Shown here piece after piece: positions 1 to 10,154 of a stretch of 64,000 bases of DNA. Position numbers and translations under genes: made by a program. The DNA is taken from assembly GCA_037925075.1 (NCBI GenBank), contig JAXSNR010000001.1:214085-278084 (forward strand). The letters run 5' to 3'. This stretch comes from Aquificaceae bacterium (GTDB taxonomy: Bacteria > Aquificota > Aquificia > Aquificales > Aquificaceae). Positions within the stretch are counted from its first letter, which is position 1, and every line of letters begins with the position of its first letter. The notes beneath the pieces were generated by a model, which was not told the DNA's origin, searched no databases, and saw only the letters and a list, made by a program, of their open reading frames with translations.

Positions 1-1259
1 GTCCTTTCTTCACCCTTAAAGGTTAGAACCACTGTAGCGGTAGGTAGGAGCTTGTCCCCTGTTTGAACCTGATAATGAAGCACCTTTATGGGCTCTTCTT
101 CATGCTTTACAAACTCTTCATAAACTAGAGCCTCTATGTCCTCCTCGTACACCTCCTTTTTCTTGTCCGCAAGGGCTTTGAACTTTTCAAAGATCCTATC
201 AAGGTCTTCCTCTGAAAACTCAAAGCCCATCTCTTTGAGCTTGCTCTTGAGGGCATGCCTGCCCGAATGCTTGCCCAAAATTATACGCGTTGATGGAAAG
301 CCCACATCCTCAGGAGACATTATCTCGTAGGTAAGAGGGTTGGAAAGCACTCCGTGCTGATGTATGCCGGATTCGTGGGCAAAGGCGTTGTCCCCCACCA
401 CCGCTTTATTAGGCTGTACAAAGCTACCGGTTATTCTACATAGCAACCTGCTTGTTCTGTACAGCTCCCTTGTGTTTATGCCCGTGTACAGCCCTCCGAA
501 GAAGTCCTTACGTACCCTAAGAGCCATAACTATCTCCTCCAGAGCAGCGTTTCCCGCCCTCTCCCCTATACCGTTTATGGTGCATTCCACCTGTCTTGCT
601 CCATGCTTTACCGCCATAAGGGAGTTGGCAACAGCCATCCCAAGGTCATCATGACAATGTACGCTTATTATCGCCTTGTCTATGTTGGGTACCTTGTTCC
701 TTATGCCTTCTATGAGGTCCGCAAACTCTTCTGGCACCGTATAGCCTACCGTGTCAGGTATGTTTATGACCGTGGCACCAGCCTTTATGGCAGTTTCTAT
801 AACCTTGTATAGAAAATCCCTCTGGCTTCTGGTGGCATCTTCGCAAGAAAACTCCACATCGTCGGTAAACCTTCTTGCGTACTCCACCGCCCTTTTAGCC
901 CTTTCTAAGACCTCCTCCGGAGGCATACGAAGCTTGTACTTCATATGTATCTCAGAGGTGGCTATAAAGGTGTGAATCCTTTTCCTTTCCGCGGGTGCAA
1001 GAGCCTGACCTGCAAGCTCTATATCTCTCTCCATAGCCCTTGCAAGGGAGCATATAACAGGTCCTTTTACCTCTTGTGCGATAGTCTGAACCGCCTCAAA
1101 GTCCCCCTTTGACGCTGCGGCAAAGCCAGCCTCTATCACATCCACGCCAAGTTTGGCAAGCTGGTATGCCATCTGGAGTTTTTCCTCTGTGGTCATGGAA
1201 AAGCCCGGAGCTTGCTCACCATCCCTCAGCGTAGTATCAAAGATGTATACCCTGTCCAT
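1..1259 (-). CDS. leuA: 2-isopropylmalate synthase (3' end runs off the window)
   Basis: Not in the ORF track. Manual translation from ATG 1259: [19 protein letters not shown]...[12 protein letters not shown]...GIGERAGN...HESGIHQHG...LGKHSGR. SD AAGGAGG upstream. Confidence 0.95.
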   Translation of the reverse strand, partial: MDRVYIFDTTLRDGEQAPGFSMTTEEKLQMAYQLAKLGVDVIEAGFAAASKGDFEAVQTIAQEVKGPVICSLARAMERDIELAGQALAPAERKRIHTFIATSEIHMKYKLRMPPEEVLERAKRAVEYARRFTDDVEFSCEDATRSQRDFLYKVIETAIKAGATVINIPDTVGYTVPEEFADLIEGIRNKVPNIDKAIISVHCHDDLGMAVANSLMAVKHGARQVECTINGIGERAGNAALEEIVMALRVRKDFFGGLYTGINTRELYRTSRLLCRITGSFVQPNKAVVGDNAFAHESGIHQHGVLSNPLTYEIMSPEDVGFPSTRIILGKHSGRHALKSKLKEMGFEFSEEDLDRIFEKFKALADKKKEVYEEDIEALVYEEFVKHEEEPIKVLHYQVQTGDKLLPTATVVLTFKGEER

Positions 1260-1294
1260 TCTTTACCTCCTTGTAAATGATAATAATTCGCAAT

Positions 1295-1900
1295 TCACCT
1301 TTTGTCAAGATATACACGCAGGCACTCCCTTGACGCTACCACTATCTTTCCATCCACGCCAGAAAAGACCACGCTCTTGCCCATAAGGTGGCAGATACCC
1401 GCAAGCCAGCAAGCAATGGCATCCAGCTCATCCTGAAAGTAATCCCTATCTTCAAGCCCAAAAGGTAGCCTCATGTAAAAGTCAAGTATTGCCCCTCTGT
1501 CTTTCCTGTCAAGCCCCAGCAGGTCATAGGTGGCTCCCGGAAAGGTTTCAAGGACCTCAACCCCCCTTTGTCTGAGGTGGTCTGCCAGTCTCATAGCCCT
1601 CTTGGTCAAAAGCCTCATGGGACCCAGTGTCACGGGAAAAAACCTGTGCCCTTGCTTTCTCAGAAGAAGGTCGCATTCCCTAAAGTGTGGTCCTCTGTCT
1701 TCAAGGCTTTTTCTCCCCGCGGGTATGGAAAGAGGTGCATCTATCATGACCAAAGAAAAGCCCTCCAAAAGTTCAAAGACCTCTTTGTCCGTGTAGACCA
1801 CACCCACCTTTAAAGCCTTCCCCTCCCAATAAGCGTAGCCCGTTCTTCTCTTTTCACTTCCCGCAAGGTCAAGACCTAAGACCTTCTCCCAATCTCTCAA
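1295..1900 (-). CDS. DUF429-like predicted nuclease (RNase H-like fold)
   Basis: N-terminal LGLDLAGSEKRRTG, IDAPLS, VLETFPGA and C-terminal DELDAIAC match the DUF429 pattern. Confidence 0.7.
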   Translation of the reverse strand: MRDWEKVLGLDLAGSEKRRTGYAYWEGKALKVGVVYTDKEVFELLEGFSLVMIDAPLSIPAGRKSLEDRGPHFRECDLLLRKQGHRFFPVTLGPMRLLTKRAMRLADHLRQRGVEVLETFPGATYDLLGLDRKDRGAILDFYMRLPFGLEDRDYFQDELDAIACWLAGICHLMGKSVVFSGVDGKIVVASRECLRVYLDKR

Positions 1901-2801
1901 GGTACTCTTTTATGCCCTCTTCAAGGCTGTAGAGTGGCTCATAGCCCAAGAGTTCCTTTGCCTTTGAGATGTCCGCCTGCGTGTATTTTTGATAAAAGTC
2001 GTAGGGACAGTCAAAGTACTCTGGCTCGTAGTCTGTGCCAAGGTATCTGTTGAGAATCTCCACGATCTCATTAAAGCTCCTTGCCTGACCTGTGGCTACG
2101 TTAAAGATACCAGAGACATCCTTCTCAAAAGCCAAAAGGTTAGCCCTGACCACGTCCTCCACATATACAAAGTCTCTCCTTTGCTCTCCCCATTTGAAAA
2201 GCCTTGGGCGTTTGCCTTCCTTTATCTGTCTGTATAGCTGGTATATCATGCTTGCGGTCTTGCCCTTGTACTGTTCTCCGGGTCCATAGACGTTAAAGTA
2301 TCTAAGCCCCACGACCCGAAGCTCTGGGTGTTTCTCTACAAAATTCATAGCTATCCTGTCCATCATAAGCTTGGAAAAGCCGTATATGTTCTCCGGATCA
2401 AGCCCCTCCTCTTCCTTCATAGGTGGTGGGCTGTTGCCATAAACCCCGGCAGAGGAAGCGTATATGAGTTTTGCACCCCAATGAAGACAAGCATCCAGTA
2501 TGTACCTCAAACTGTCCGCGTTTACCTCCATCATCCTTTTCTGATCCATAAGGGTGGTGTCCGTTATGGCCCCCTGATGAAAAACCGCATCAAAGTGGAA
2601 GTTTTCTTTTAGCCAATCCCAAAGCTCCCTCTTTGAGAGGTCTCCCGTTATAACCTCACCATCAAAACCTACAAGGTTCTTAAAGTGTCCAGAGGAAAAG
2701 TCGTCAAGGACAAAAACCTTTGAACTGGGATAGGCTTTTTCCAAGGCTTTTGCCAAGTTTGAACCTATAAAGCCTGCACCACCAGTGATCAAAAACCTCA
2801 T
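1869..2801 (-). CDS. hldD: ADP-L-glycero-D-manno-heptose 6-epimerase
   Basis: GGAGFIGSN Rossmann motif, YASSAGVYG, YGFSK, LRYFNVYGPGEQYKGKTASM, RDFVYVED. Confidence 0.9.
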   Translation of the reverse strand: MRFLITGGAGFIGSNLAKALEKAYPSSKVFVLDDFSSGHFKNLVGFDGEVITGDLSKRELWDWLKENFHFDAVFHQGAITDTTLMDQKRMMEVNADSLRYILDACLHWGAKLIYASSAGVYGNSPPPMKEEEGLDPENIYGFSKLMMDRIAMNFVEKHPELRVVGLRYFNVYGPGEQYKGKTASMIYQLYRQIKEGKRPRLFKWGEQRRDFVYVEDVVRANLLAFEKDVSGIFNVATGQARSFNEIVEILNRYLGTDYEPEYFDCPYDFYQKYTQADISKAKELLGYEPLYSLEEGIKEYLERLGEGLRS

Positions 2802-4297
2802 TTTTTCTTAACCTTTTTCTTAGGTTGTGGAGGCTTGCCCTTGTGGGTGAGCTTTTTTATGATGTAGGTCTGAGCGAGGTTAAAAACATTGTTGAGGGTC
2901 CAGTATAGCACAAGCCCTGCGGGAAAGTTGGCAAAGAGAAAGGTGAAAACCACAGAGGTTATTATCATGATGTAGTTCTGTGATTTTTCTGGGCTTGGGC
3001 TTATAAACTGCTGGGCTATCATGGTGGCACCCATAAGGATAGGCAATATGTAATAAGGGTCTTTTAGGGCAAGGCTTGGAACCCAAAGAAAGCTCGCAAG
3101 CTGAAGGTCTGTTGTTATGGTAAGGACCTTGTAAAGGGCAAAGAAAACGGGTATTTGAAGAAGTATAGGCAGGCATCCGGACATGGGATTAAAGCCCACC
3201 TCACTGTAGAGCTTCATCATCTCCTCTTGGAACTTTGCTGGGTCGTTTTTGTATTTTTCTTTGAGCTCCTGCATCTTTGGTGCAAGCTCCGCCATTTTAC
3301 CCATGGCAACAGTGCTTTTGTAGGTAAGCGGAAACATAAGTAGCCTCACAATAAGGGTGAGGGCAAATATGGATACGACCCAAGAGTGAAGCTGTTCGTA
3401 TATCCAGTACATAAACACAAAAAGGGGCTTAACAATAAGCCTGAGAGTGCCAAAATCTATTACATCGGAAAGACCTATTTCTCTAAGCCTTGAGTACTCT
3501 TTGGCACCCGCATAAAAGTTAAGCTTGTCCTTGGAGCTTACCAAAGTTATAGTTTCTTGTCCTTGTAGTTTATAAACCGCTACCGTGTTTATATTTCCAG
3601 AAAAGCCCTTAAAGTAGTACCTGCTCTCTTCGCCCGCAAACTTTATATCTCCAGTTATAAGCTCCCTGCCCTCAATCTTTTTTGGGTCAAGCCTTTCCAC
3701 CTTATCCCCTATCTTTACCACTGGACCAGAATGGGTGAAAAAGTCCTCCTCTTTCACACGCATACCCGCATTCACAAAGAGAGGAGCCAATCCCTTGGCT
3801 TCCAACCTAAGGGTAAAGTAGTCTCCCTTGTATTCAAGGATCTTTGTAATCTCAAAGCTTTCTGTCTTTAAAGTGGCGGTGATTCTATTTCCCTGTGCAA
3901 CTATTTGGTACGGAGAGGAGTTTAAAAGAAGGTCTATCTCAGGCGTTCCAGTAAAGACCTCAAGGGGGTACAGATGCAGTTTCTTTTCCTCTTCCCTTAT
4001 CATGTCCCTTTTGTACCTTTTGTCTATAAGGCTGACAATACGGGCACCCTCTTCTGAAAGAGTAAGGGTAAACCTCTCAAATTCAAAGCTTTTGACAGTT
4101 TGAGGCTTTTGGGCTTCTCTTCTTGTCCCAAGTAGTAGGGATGGGACACTTTGGGGTTTTTCCTCCACCTTTTCCTGAGTTTGTGGTGTAGGCTCAGGTG
4201 CAAAAAATGCGAGGTAAGCCTGATATCCAAAGATAAAAAGGGTGGTAACCACGAAGATTATCAGCAATCCTTTAAGGTCTAAGTCCTTCCTTTCCAT
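2798..4297 (-). CDS. yidC: Membrane protein insertase YidC
   Basis: N-terminal TM, periplasmic domain, then VRLLMFPL...LQEEMMKLY-like segment, NPMSGCLPILLQIPVFFALY, GLVLYW. Confidence 0.95.
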   Translation of the reverse strand: MERKDLDLKGLLIIFVVTTLFIFGYQAYLAFFAPEPTPQTQEKVEEKPQSVPSLLLGTRREAQKPQTVKSFEFERFTLTLSEEGARIVSLIDKRYKRDMIREEEKKLHLYPLEVFTGTPEIDLLLNSSPYQIVAQGNRITATLKTESFEITKILEYKGDYFTLRLEAKGLAPLFVNAGMRVKEEDFFTHSGPVVKIGDKVERLDPKKIEGRELITGDIKFAGEESRYYFKGFSGNINTVAVYKLQGQETITLVSSKDKLNFYAGAKEYSRLREIGLSDVIDFGTLRLIVKPLFVFMYWIYEQLHSWVVSIFALTLIVRLLMFPLTYKSTVAMGKMAELAPKMQELKEKYKNDPAKFQEEMMKLYSEVGFNPMSGCLPILLQIPVFFALYKVLTITTDLQLASFLWVPSLALKDPYYILPILMGATMIAQQFISPSPEKSQNYIMIITSVVFTFLFANFPAGLVLYWTLNNVFNLAQTYIIKKLTHKGKPPQPKKKVKKK

Positions 4298-4503
4298 CAG
4301 GGGTAGTCCACTCCACCCTTAGAAAAGGGGTTGCACCTGAGAACTCTCCACATGGCTTTTAGCATGCCTTTTGAAACTCCGTACTTTTCCACCGCCCTTA
4401 TGGCATAGTTGGAGCAAGTAGGATAATACCTACAGCTTGGAGGATAAAGGGGTGAAATAAACAACTGCCAAAATCTTAAAAATCCAACCACTAACCTTTT
4501 CAA
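4297..4503 (-). CDS. yidD: Membrane protein insertion efficiency factor YidD (68 aa, TTG start)
   Basis: [19 protein letters not shown]...[14 protein letters not shown]. Start moved to TTG 4503, overlapping the rpmH stop; the track's extra N-terminus overlaps rpmH in another frame. Confidence 0.9.
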   Translation of the reverse strand: MKRLVVGFLRFWQLFISPLYPPSCRYYPTCSNYAIRAVEKYGVSKGMLKAMWRVLRCNPFSKGGVDYP

Positions 4504-4643
4504 GGCGTCAACCTTTTCCTTCCCTTCTGCCTTCTCCTCTTTATTATATTTCTCCCGCTTTTTGTTTCCATACGTGCAAGAAAACCGCTCTTGCGTTTGC
4601 GTTTGAGGTTTGAGATGCGAGTTATATTCCTCTGGGTTGCCAT
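4500..4643 (-). CDS. rpmH: 50S ribosomal protein L34 (47 aa)
   Basis: Not in the ORF track. [54 protein letters not shown] upstream, canonical position before yidD-yidC. Confidence 0.95.
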   Translation of the reverse strand: MATQRNITRISNLKRKRKSGFLARMETKSGRNIIKRRRQKGRKRLTP

Positions 4644-4654
4644 ACTTTACCTCC

Positions 4655-4683
4655 AAAATAATAATAAAGGGGGAAGCACCCCC
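4655..4683 (-). terminator. Probable intrinsic terminator after atpE
   Basis: Minus strand GGGGG-tgctt-CCCCC followed by TTTATTATTATTTT. The stem is short (5 bp). Confidence 0.55.
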
Positions 4684-4684
4684 A

Positions 4685-5678
<994 letters not shown>

Positions 5679-5709
5679 GGTATGCAAAATTATACCATAA
5701 AATTCTTGT
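5679..5709. promoter_or_regulatory. Overlapping divergent -10 promoters for atpB and the P-type ATPase
   Basis: Minus strand TGgTATAAT-10nt-ATG; plus strand TAAAAT-6nt-ATG; no SD on either side. Confidence 0.6.
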
Positions 5710-8208
5710 ATGCATCACAAGAGCCCTGAAGAAAGCCTAAGAGAGCTTAACAGCACCTTGGAGGGCCTGAAGGAGGAGGAGGCAAGGAACAGACTTACCC
5801 TCTACGGCTATAACCTGCTTAAGGAAGAGAAAGAGAGCAAGCTCAGGGTCTTGGTAAGGCAATTTACAAACCCCTTTGTGCTTATACTTATGGTTGCGGG
5901 CTTTATAGCCCTTTTTCTTGGAGACCTAAAGGATGCCCTTGTGGTCTATGGCATCTTACTGGCAAATGGATTCTTAGGCTTCTATCAGGAGCTAAAAGCT
6001 ATAGCCTCCATAGAGGCTCTCAAATCCTTAACTACTTTGAGGGTAAAAGTTATAAGGAACGGTGTGGAGAGGGAAATAGACAGTAAGGAGCTTGTACCGG
6101 GAGACCTTGTTATATTAGGCGAGGGTGATGTGGTCCCTGCGGACATAAGGCTTATTGAAAGTTCAGGGCTTATGGTGGATGAGGCTATGCTCACCGGTGA
6201 GTCCTTGCCTGTAGAGAAGGAGGCAGGGCTTGTGCTTTTGGAAGATGCTCCCATACATGCCCGAAGCAACTGTCTGTACAAGGGCACCACGGTGGTAAGG
6301 GGTAGGGGCCTTGGTGTGGTCTTTGCCACGGGCAAAAACACGGAGCTTGGTAAGATAGCCCAGAGGGTGCAAGAAAAACCTCCAGAAAGCCCTCTTACGA
6401 AAGCCCTAAGCGGTTTTGGAAGGTGGTGGATACTTATTCTGGTTGTGTTCCTCTCTCTGCTGGTGGCTGTGGGAGTTCTTCAAGGGAGAGACCTAAAAAC
6501 TGTAGTGTTCTTTGCCGTAGCACAGTTGGTGTCCGCGGTTCCTGAGGGACTTCCCATAGTGGTTACCATAGCCCTTGTGGTAGGTGCCATTAGGCTATCA
6601 AAGGAGAAGGTACTCGTAAAGTACTTACCTGCGGTGGAAACCTTGGGAAGTGCCACCTACATATGCTCCGACAAAACAGGCACAATAACCCTTGGTAAAC
6701 TGAAGGTTCAGGAGTATATGGCTTACGACAGAAAAAGGCTATTTCTGTGTTCAGCCCTTTGCAACGATGCGGATGGTACAAGGGGAAATCCCATTGATGT
6801 GGCACTCCTGCGGTGGCTAGAAGAAGAGAGGGTAAACTGGGGAGTCTTAAGAGAGGCTTACGAAAGGTTATGGGAGCATCCCTTTGATACAAAAAGGAGG
6901 CTAATGGCGGTTGTGGTCTCCGACGGCTCCGGTGCTTTTGATTTCTATGTAAAGGGTGCCTTGGAAAGCCTTTCTGGCATGTGCGAGGAGGAATGTTCGG
7001 CGGAAGTCTGGCAGGCGCATGATAGGATGGCACAGGAAGGCCTTAGGGTTCTTGCCTTCGCATACGCAAAGCTTCAAAAAATACCGGAGAGGGTGGAGGA
7101 GGTAAAGGTCAAGATAGTAGGATTGGTGGGCTTTATGGACCCTCCAAAGGAGGGTGTCAAGGAGGCGGTGGAGTCTGCAAAGGATGCGGGCATAAGGGTA
7201 ATCATGATAACGGGAGACAATCTTCTGACCGCAAGGGCTGTGGCTAAGATGGTAGGAATATACGAAGACAGGGACATAGCCATAGAGGGAAGGGAGATCC
7301 AAAAATACAGGGATGAGGAGCTTTATCACCTGCTCAAAAGAGTAAGCGTGGTGGCAAGGGCCACGCCAGAGGATAAGTACAGAATAGTGAGGGTTTTACA
7401 GTCAAGGGGAGAGGTGGTTGCTGTAACCGGTGATGGTGTCAATGATGCACCCGCTCTTAGAGTGGCTGACCTTGGGATTGCCATGGGCTCTGGCTCTCAA
7501 TCTGCGAAGGACTCCGCCAAGATGGTTATCCTAGACAACAACCTTGCCATCATAGTAAACGCCATAAAGAGGGGTAGGCTCATAGCCAAAAACATATCAA
7601 AGGTCATAAGGTATCTACTGTCCGCCAACTTCTTCCAAATCCTTTACAATTCCCTCGCCATAATCACAGGCTTACCCCTGCCCCTATATCCTACCCAGAT
7701 ACTTTGGATAAACTTGGTAACCGACGGGGTGCAAGATAAGGCTTATCCTTTCACCAAATACGAGGAAGACCCCATGAAGGAAAAGCCGAAAAACCCTCTA
7801 TGGGTCTTCATGGGCAAGGGACAGCTCATAGTCCTCCTTTACAACGGACTTTTGATGAGCCTTACGCATTATGCACTGTTTGTCTATCTTTTAAAAACCT
7901 TTTCTTACGAGATCGCACTTACCATAAGCTTTACCTCTGCGGTAGCAAGCCAGTGGGCTGTGGGAGTGCAGGAAATAAGCGAAAAGCCCTTTTTTAGAAA
8001 CCCCACAGGGTATATAAGGCTAAACCCATACGTGTATTTTGGCATATTTATTGGAACGATCCTCCAGCTTTCCGCCATAACCCTTCTTACGGATTATTTC
8101 CATGCGGTCGCACTTTCAGTTCAACATATACCTTATGTGGTCCTTGTGCCCGTCTTTACCTTCTTTGGAATAGAACTAAGAAAATGGTTCAGCTACCTCA
8201 AAAGATAG
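5710..8208 (+). CDS. Cation-translocating P-type ATPase, type IIA (Ca2+-like)
   Basis: LTGES, AVPEGLP, phosphorylation motif DKTGT, KGA, MITGD, TGDGVNDAPAL, WINLVTDG. Confidence 0.9.
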   Translation: MHHKSPEESLRELNSTLEGLKEEEARNRLTLYGYNLLKEEKESKLRVLVRQFTNPFVLILMVAGFIALFLGDLKDALVVYGILLANGFLGFYQELKAIASIEALKSLTTLRVKVIRNGVEREIDSKELVPGDLVILGEGDVVPADIRLIESSGLMVDEAMLTGESLPVEKEAGLVLLEDAPIHARSNCLYKGTTVVRGRGLGVVFATGKNTELGKIAQRVQEKPPESPLTKALSGFGRWWILILVVFLSLLVAVGVLQGRDLKTVVFFAVAQLVSAVPEGLPIVVTIALVVGAIRLSKEKVLVKYLPAVETLGSATYICSDKTGTITLGKLKVQEYMAYDRKRLFLCSALCNDADGTRGNPIDVALLRWLEEERVNWGVLREAYERLWEHPFDTKRRLMAVVVSDGSGAFDFYVKGALESLSGMCEEECSAEVWQAHDRMAQEGLRVLAFAYAKLQKIPERVEEVKVKIVGLVGFMDPPKEGVKEAVESAKDAGIRVIMITGDNLLTARAVAKMVGIYEDRDIAIEGREIQKYRDEELYHLLKRVSVVARATPEDKYRIVRVLQSRGEVVAVTGDGVNDAPALRVADLGIAMGSGSQSAKDSAKMVILDNNLAIIVNAIKRGRLIAKNISKVIRYLLSANFFQILYNSLAIITGLPLPLYPTQILWINLVTDGVQDKAYPFTKYEEDPMKEKPKNPLWVFMGKGQLIVLLYNGLLMSLTHYALFVYLLKTFSYEIALTISFTSAVASQWAVGVQEISEKPFFRNPTGYIRLNPYVYFGIFIGTILQLSAITLLTDYFHAVALSVQHIPYVVLVPVFTFFGIELRKWFSYLKR

Positions 8209-9002
8209 TCTACAATAGGGTCCACTTGGAGCCTTTTGAGAGCTTGTATGCCATAGGGCTTTTCTACCTGTGGGACCTTTATACCTTCAAGTTCCATAGA
8301 CTGCCAACGGTTAACCACAAGACAAACCCTCATATCCTTAAGCGTCTCCCTTATACTCTGAGCCTCCACTAAGGATAGGGGTTCTTCGTTGGCAACCGCA
8401 AAGATAAGGGCCTTTTCCTTAAATATACCAAACAGGGTTTCTAACCTTTTCTTCCTGTCCTCTATGAGTTTGGGAAGGCGGTCTTCCCTTCCCATAAAAG
8501 TTTCCACCTTGTGCCTCTCCTTTGCCACCTGATTTAGAAACTCAAACCAGCCCTTCACCATATGCACCGTTTCAAAAAGCCTCAACATCTGACCAGTGGG
8601 TGCGGAATCTACAACCACATAGGGAAACTCCTCGCAATAATCCAAAAGTCTGTCAAGGATTGCGGTTTCTTGGGCTGTGGGTGAGTTCCTAAGGTACTTG
8701 GCATACTCCCTTATGCCAGACCTAACCGTAGGCAAAAGCTCAGTCAATGCGGAGATAACCTTGTGCGCATACTCCTCCACAAGAGCCTGTGCATTTAACT
8801 CAACCGCATAAAGCTGGTCTTGTAGTTTTCTCAGATCGTGCCCTATTTCTGTGAGAAGTATGCCAGAGAGGGAGTGAGCAGGGTCCACGGAAACCAAAAG
8901 GGTCTTTTCTGTCTGTGAGAGCCTAAGGGCTACCGCACAGGATAGGGTGCTTTTGCCTACCCCTCCCTTCCCACCAAAGAACACAAGCCTTTTTAGCAAC
9001 AT
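8193..9002 (-). CDS. ArsA/GET3-family ATPase (single domain)
   Basis: GKGGVGKS P-loop, DPAHSL, DSAPTG switch II. Confidence 0.88.
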   Translation of the reverse strand: MLLKRLVFFGGKGGVGKSTLSCAVALRLSQTEKTLLVSVDPAHSLSGILLTEIGHDLRKLQDQLYAVELNAQALVEEYAHKVISALTELLPTVRSGIREYAKYLRNSPTAQETAILDRLLDYCEEFPYVVVDSAPTGQMLRLFETVHMVKGWFEFLNQVAKERHKVETFMGREDRLPKLIEDRKKRLETLFGIFKEKALIFAVANEEPLSLVEAQSIRETLKDMRVCLVVNRWQSMELEGIKVPQVEKPYGIQALKRLQVDPIVDYLLR

Positions 9003-9229
9003 GGGAAAAGGTCAAGCCCACCCCTTTCTATCCCTAAGCTTTTGTGCCACAGGTGAAACTCTCCAAGCATGTAAGGATAAAGGTCAAGCACATACACGCC
9101 GAGAGGATTGTCAAGCCCAAAGTAATCAACAAAAAGAGAAAAAAGTAGCATGTCCCTTGTATGAGAATAGGAAAGCTCCAAAGGTTTCTTGAAATGCAGG
9201 TTTACAAAAGCTCCGAAAATTTCCTTCAT
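8993..9229 (-). CDS. cory-CC-star family small protein
   Basis: 78 aa, GLDNPLGVYVLDLYPYM...FHLWHKSLG, ends in CC, directly upstream of an ArsA ATPase as is typical for the family. Confidence 0.75.
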   Translation of the reverse strand: MKEIFGAFVNLHFKKPLELSYSHTRDMLLFSLFVDYFGLDNPLGVYVLDLYPYMLGEFHLWHKSLGIERGGLDLFPCC

Positions 9230-9627
9230 TTCAAGCTAAGAATCCATTTAGCTAACTCCTTAGCTTCCTCCTCTGTGACGTTTTGAGGAGGCATAGGCAC
9301 TTGACCCCATGTCCCCACACCGCCGTTCTTTATTCTCTTGGAAAGTTCCTCTTCTATGTTTGGCTGTCCTGCAAACCTCTTTGCAACATCCTTAAAAGCA
9401 GGTCCAACCTTTTTGTTGTTTATATCGTGGCAAGCAAAACAACCCTTTTGCTGGGCTAAGGCTTGCATGTCCTTTACCTGAGCGGTAGCCTGCTCTACCG
9501 GTTTTTGCTCCGCCTGAGGTTGGGCTTGTTGAGTGGGTTGTTGTGTAGCCTGCTCCGCCGGCTTTTGTTGGCAGGAGATTACAAAAAACACACCGGAAGC
9601 CAAAACCATGTAAGCAAGTTTCTTCAT
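9226..9627 (-). CDS. Lipid-anchored class I cytochrome c (c551/c552-like)
   Basis: Lipobox-like VISC, Q/P/A/E-rich linker, heme motif CFACH, KVGP, distal PMPP Met; SD AGGAGG. Confidence 0.9.
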   Translation of the reverse strand: MKKLAYMVLASGVFFVISCQQKPAEQATQQPTQQAQPQAEQKPVEQATAQVKDMQALAQQKGCFACHDINNKKVGPAFKDVAKRFAGQPNIEEELSKRIKNGGVGTWGQVPMPPQNVTEEEAKELAKWILSLK

Positions 9628-9704
9628 GCCAAGACCTCCTTTTTTTGAATTATAAAGCTCGAAAGGTTAAAGTTTTATGAAAACTTAGCTTATAATCTTT
9701 AACC

Positions 9705-10154
9705 ATGCTGGACGCAAGAGAGATCATGGAAATCCTACCTCACAGATATCCCATACTTCTTGTGGACAGAATAGTGGAGATGGAGGTGGGTAAGAGAATA
9801 GTGGGGATCAAAAATGTTTCCGTGAACGAGCCTGTGTTTCAGGGGCACTTCCCGGGCTTTCCCCTTATGCCGGGTGTTTATATCCTTGAGGCCATGGCTC
9901 AAGTGGGTGGGATTCTTATGATAAAATCCCTTGGGCTTGAGATAGGAAAGTATGCTATAGTCTTTGCAGGCATAGATGAGGCAAGGTTCAAAAGGCCCGT
10001 TTATCCGGGCGACCAACTCCTTATGGAGCTTGAGGTTATATCCCTAAAAAAGAGCCTTTCTAAGATGAGGGGTACCGCAAGCGTAAACTCTCAAGTGGTG
10101 GCAACAGCCATACTCTATGCGGCAGCCAGAGAACTTTCAGAGATAAGACGCTGA
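9705..10154 (+). CDS. fabZ: 3-hydroxyacyl-ACP dehydratase
   Basis: [31 protein letters not shown]. Confidence 0.96.
   Translation: MLDAREIMEILPHRYPILLVDRIVEMEVGKRIVGIKNVSVNEPVFQGHFPGFPLMPGVYILEAMAQVGGILMIKSLGLEIGKYAIVFAGIDEARFKRPVYPGDQLLMELEVISLKKSLSKMRGTASVNSQVVATAILYAAARELSEIRR

Noticed and set aside
136-1386. Short plus-strand ORFs at the window start
   Set aside because: Antisense shadows of leuA and the DUF429-like gene, with no motifs.
4504-4656. 119-aa YidD from the ORF track
   Set aside because: The extension overlaps rpmH in another frame; YidD homology starts at TTG 4503.
8193-9002. Arsenic resistance operon
   Set aside because: No arsR/B/C/D; the single-domain ATPase sits in a cory-CC-star context.
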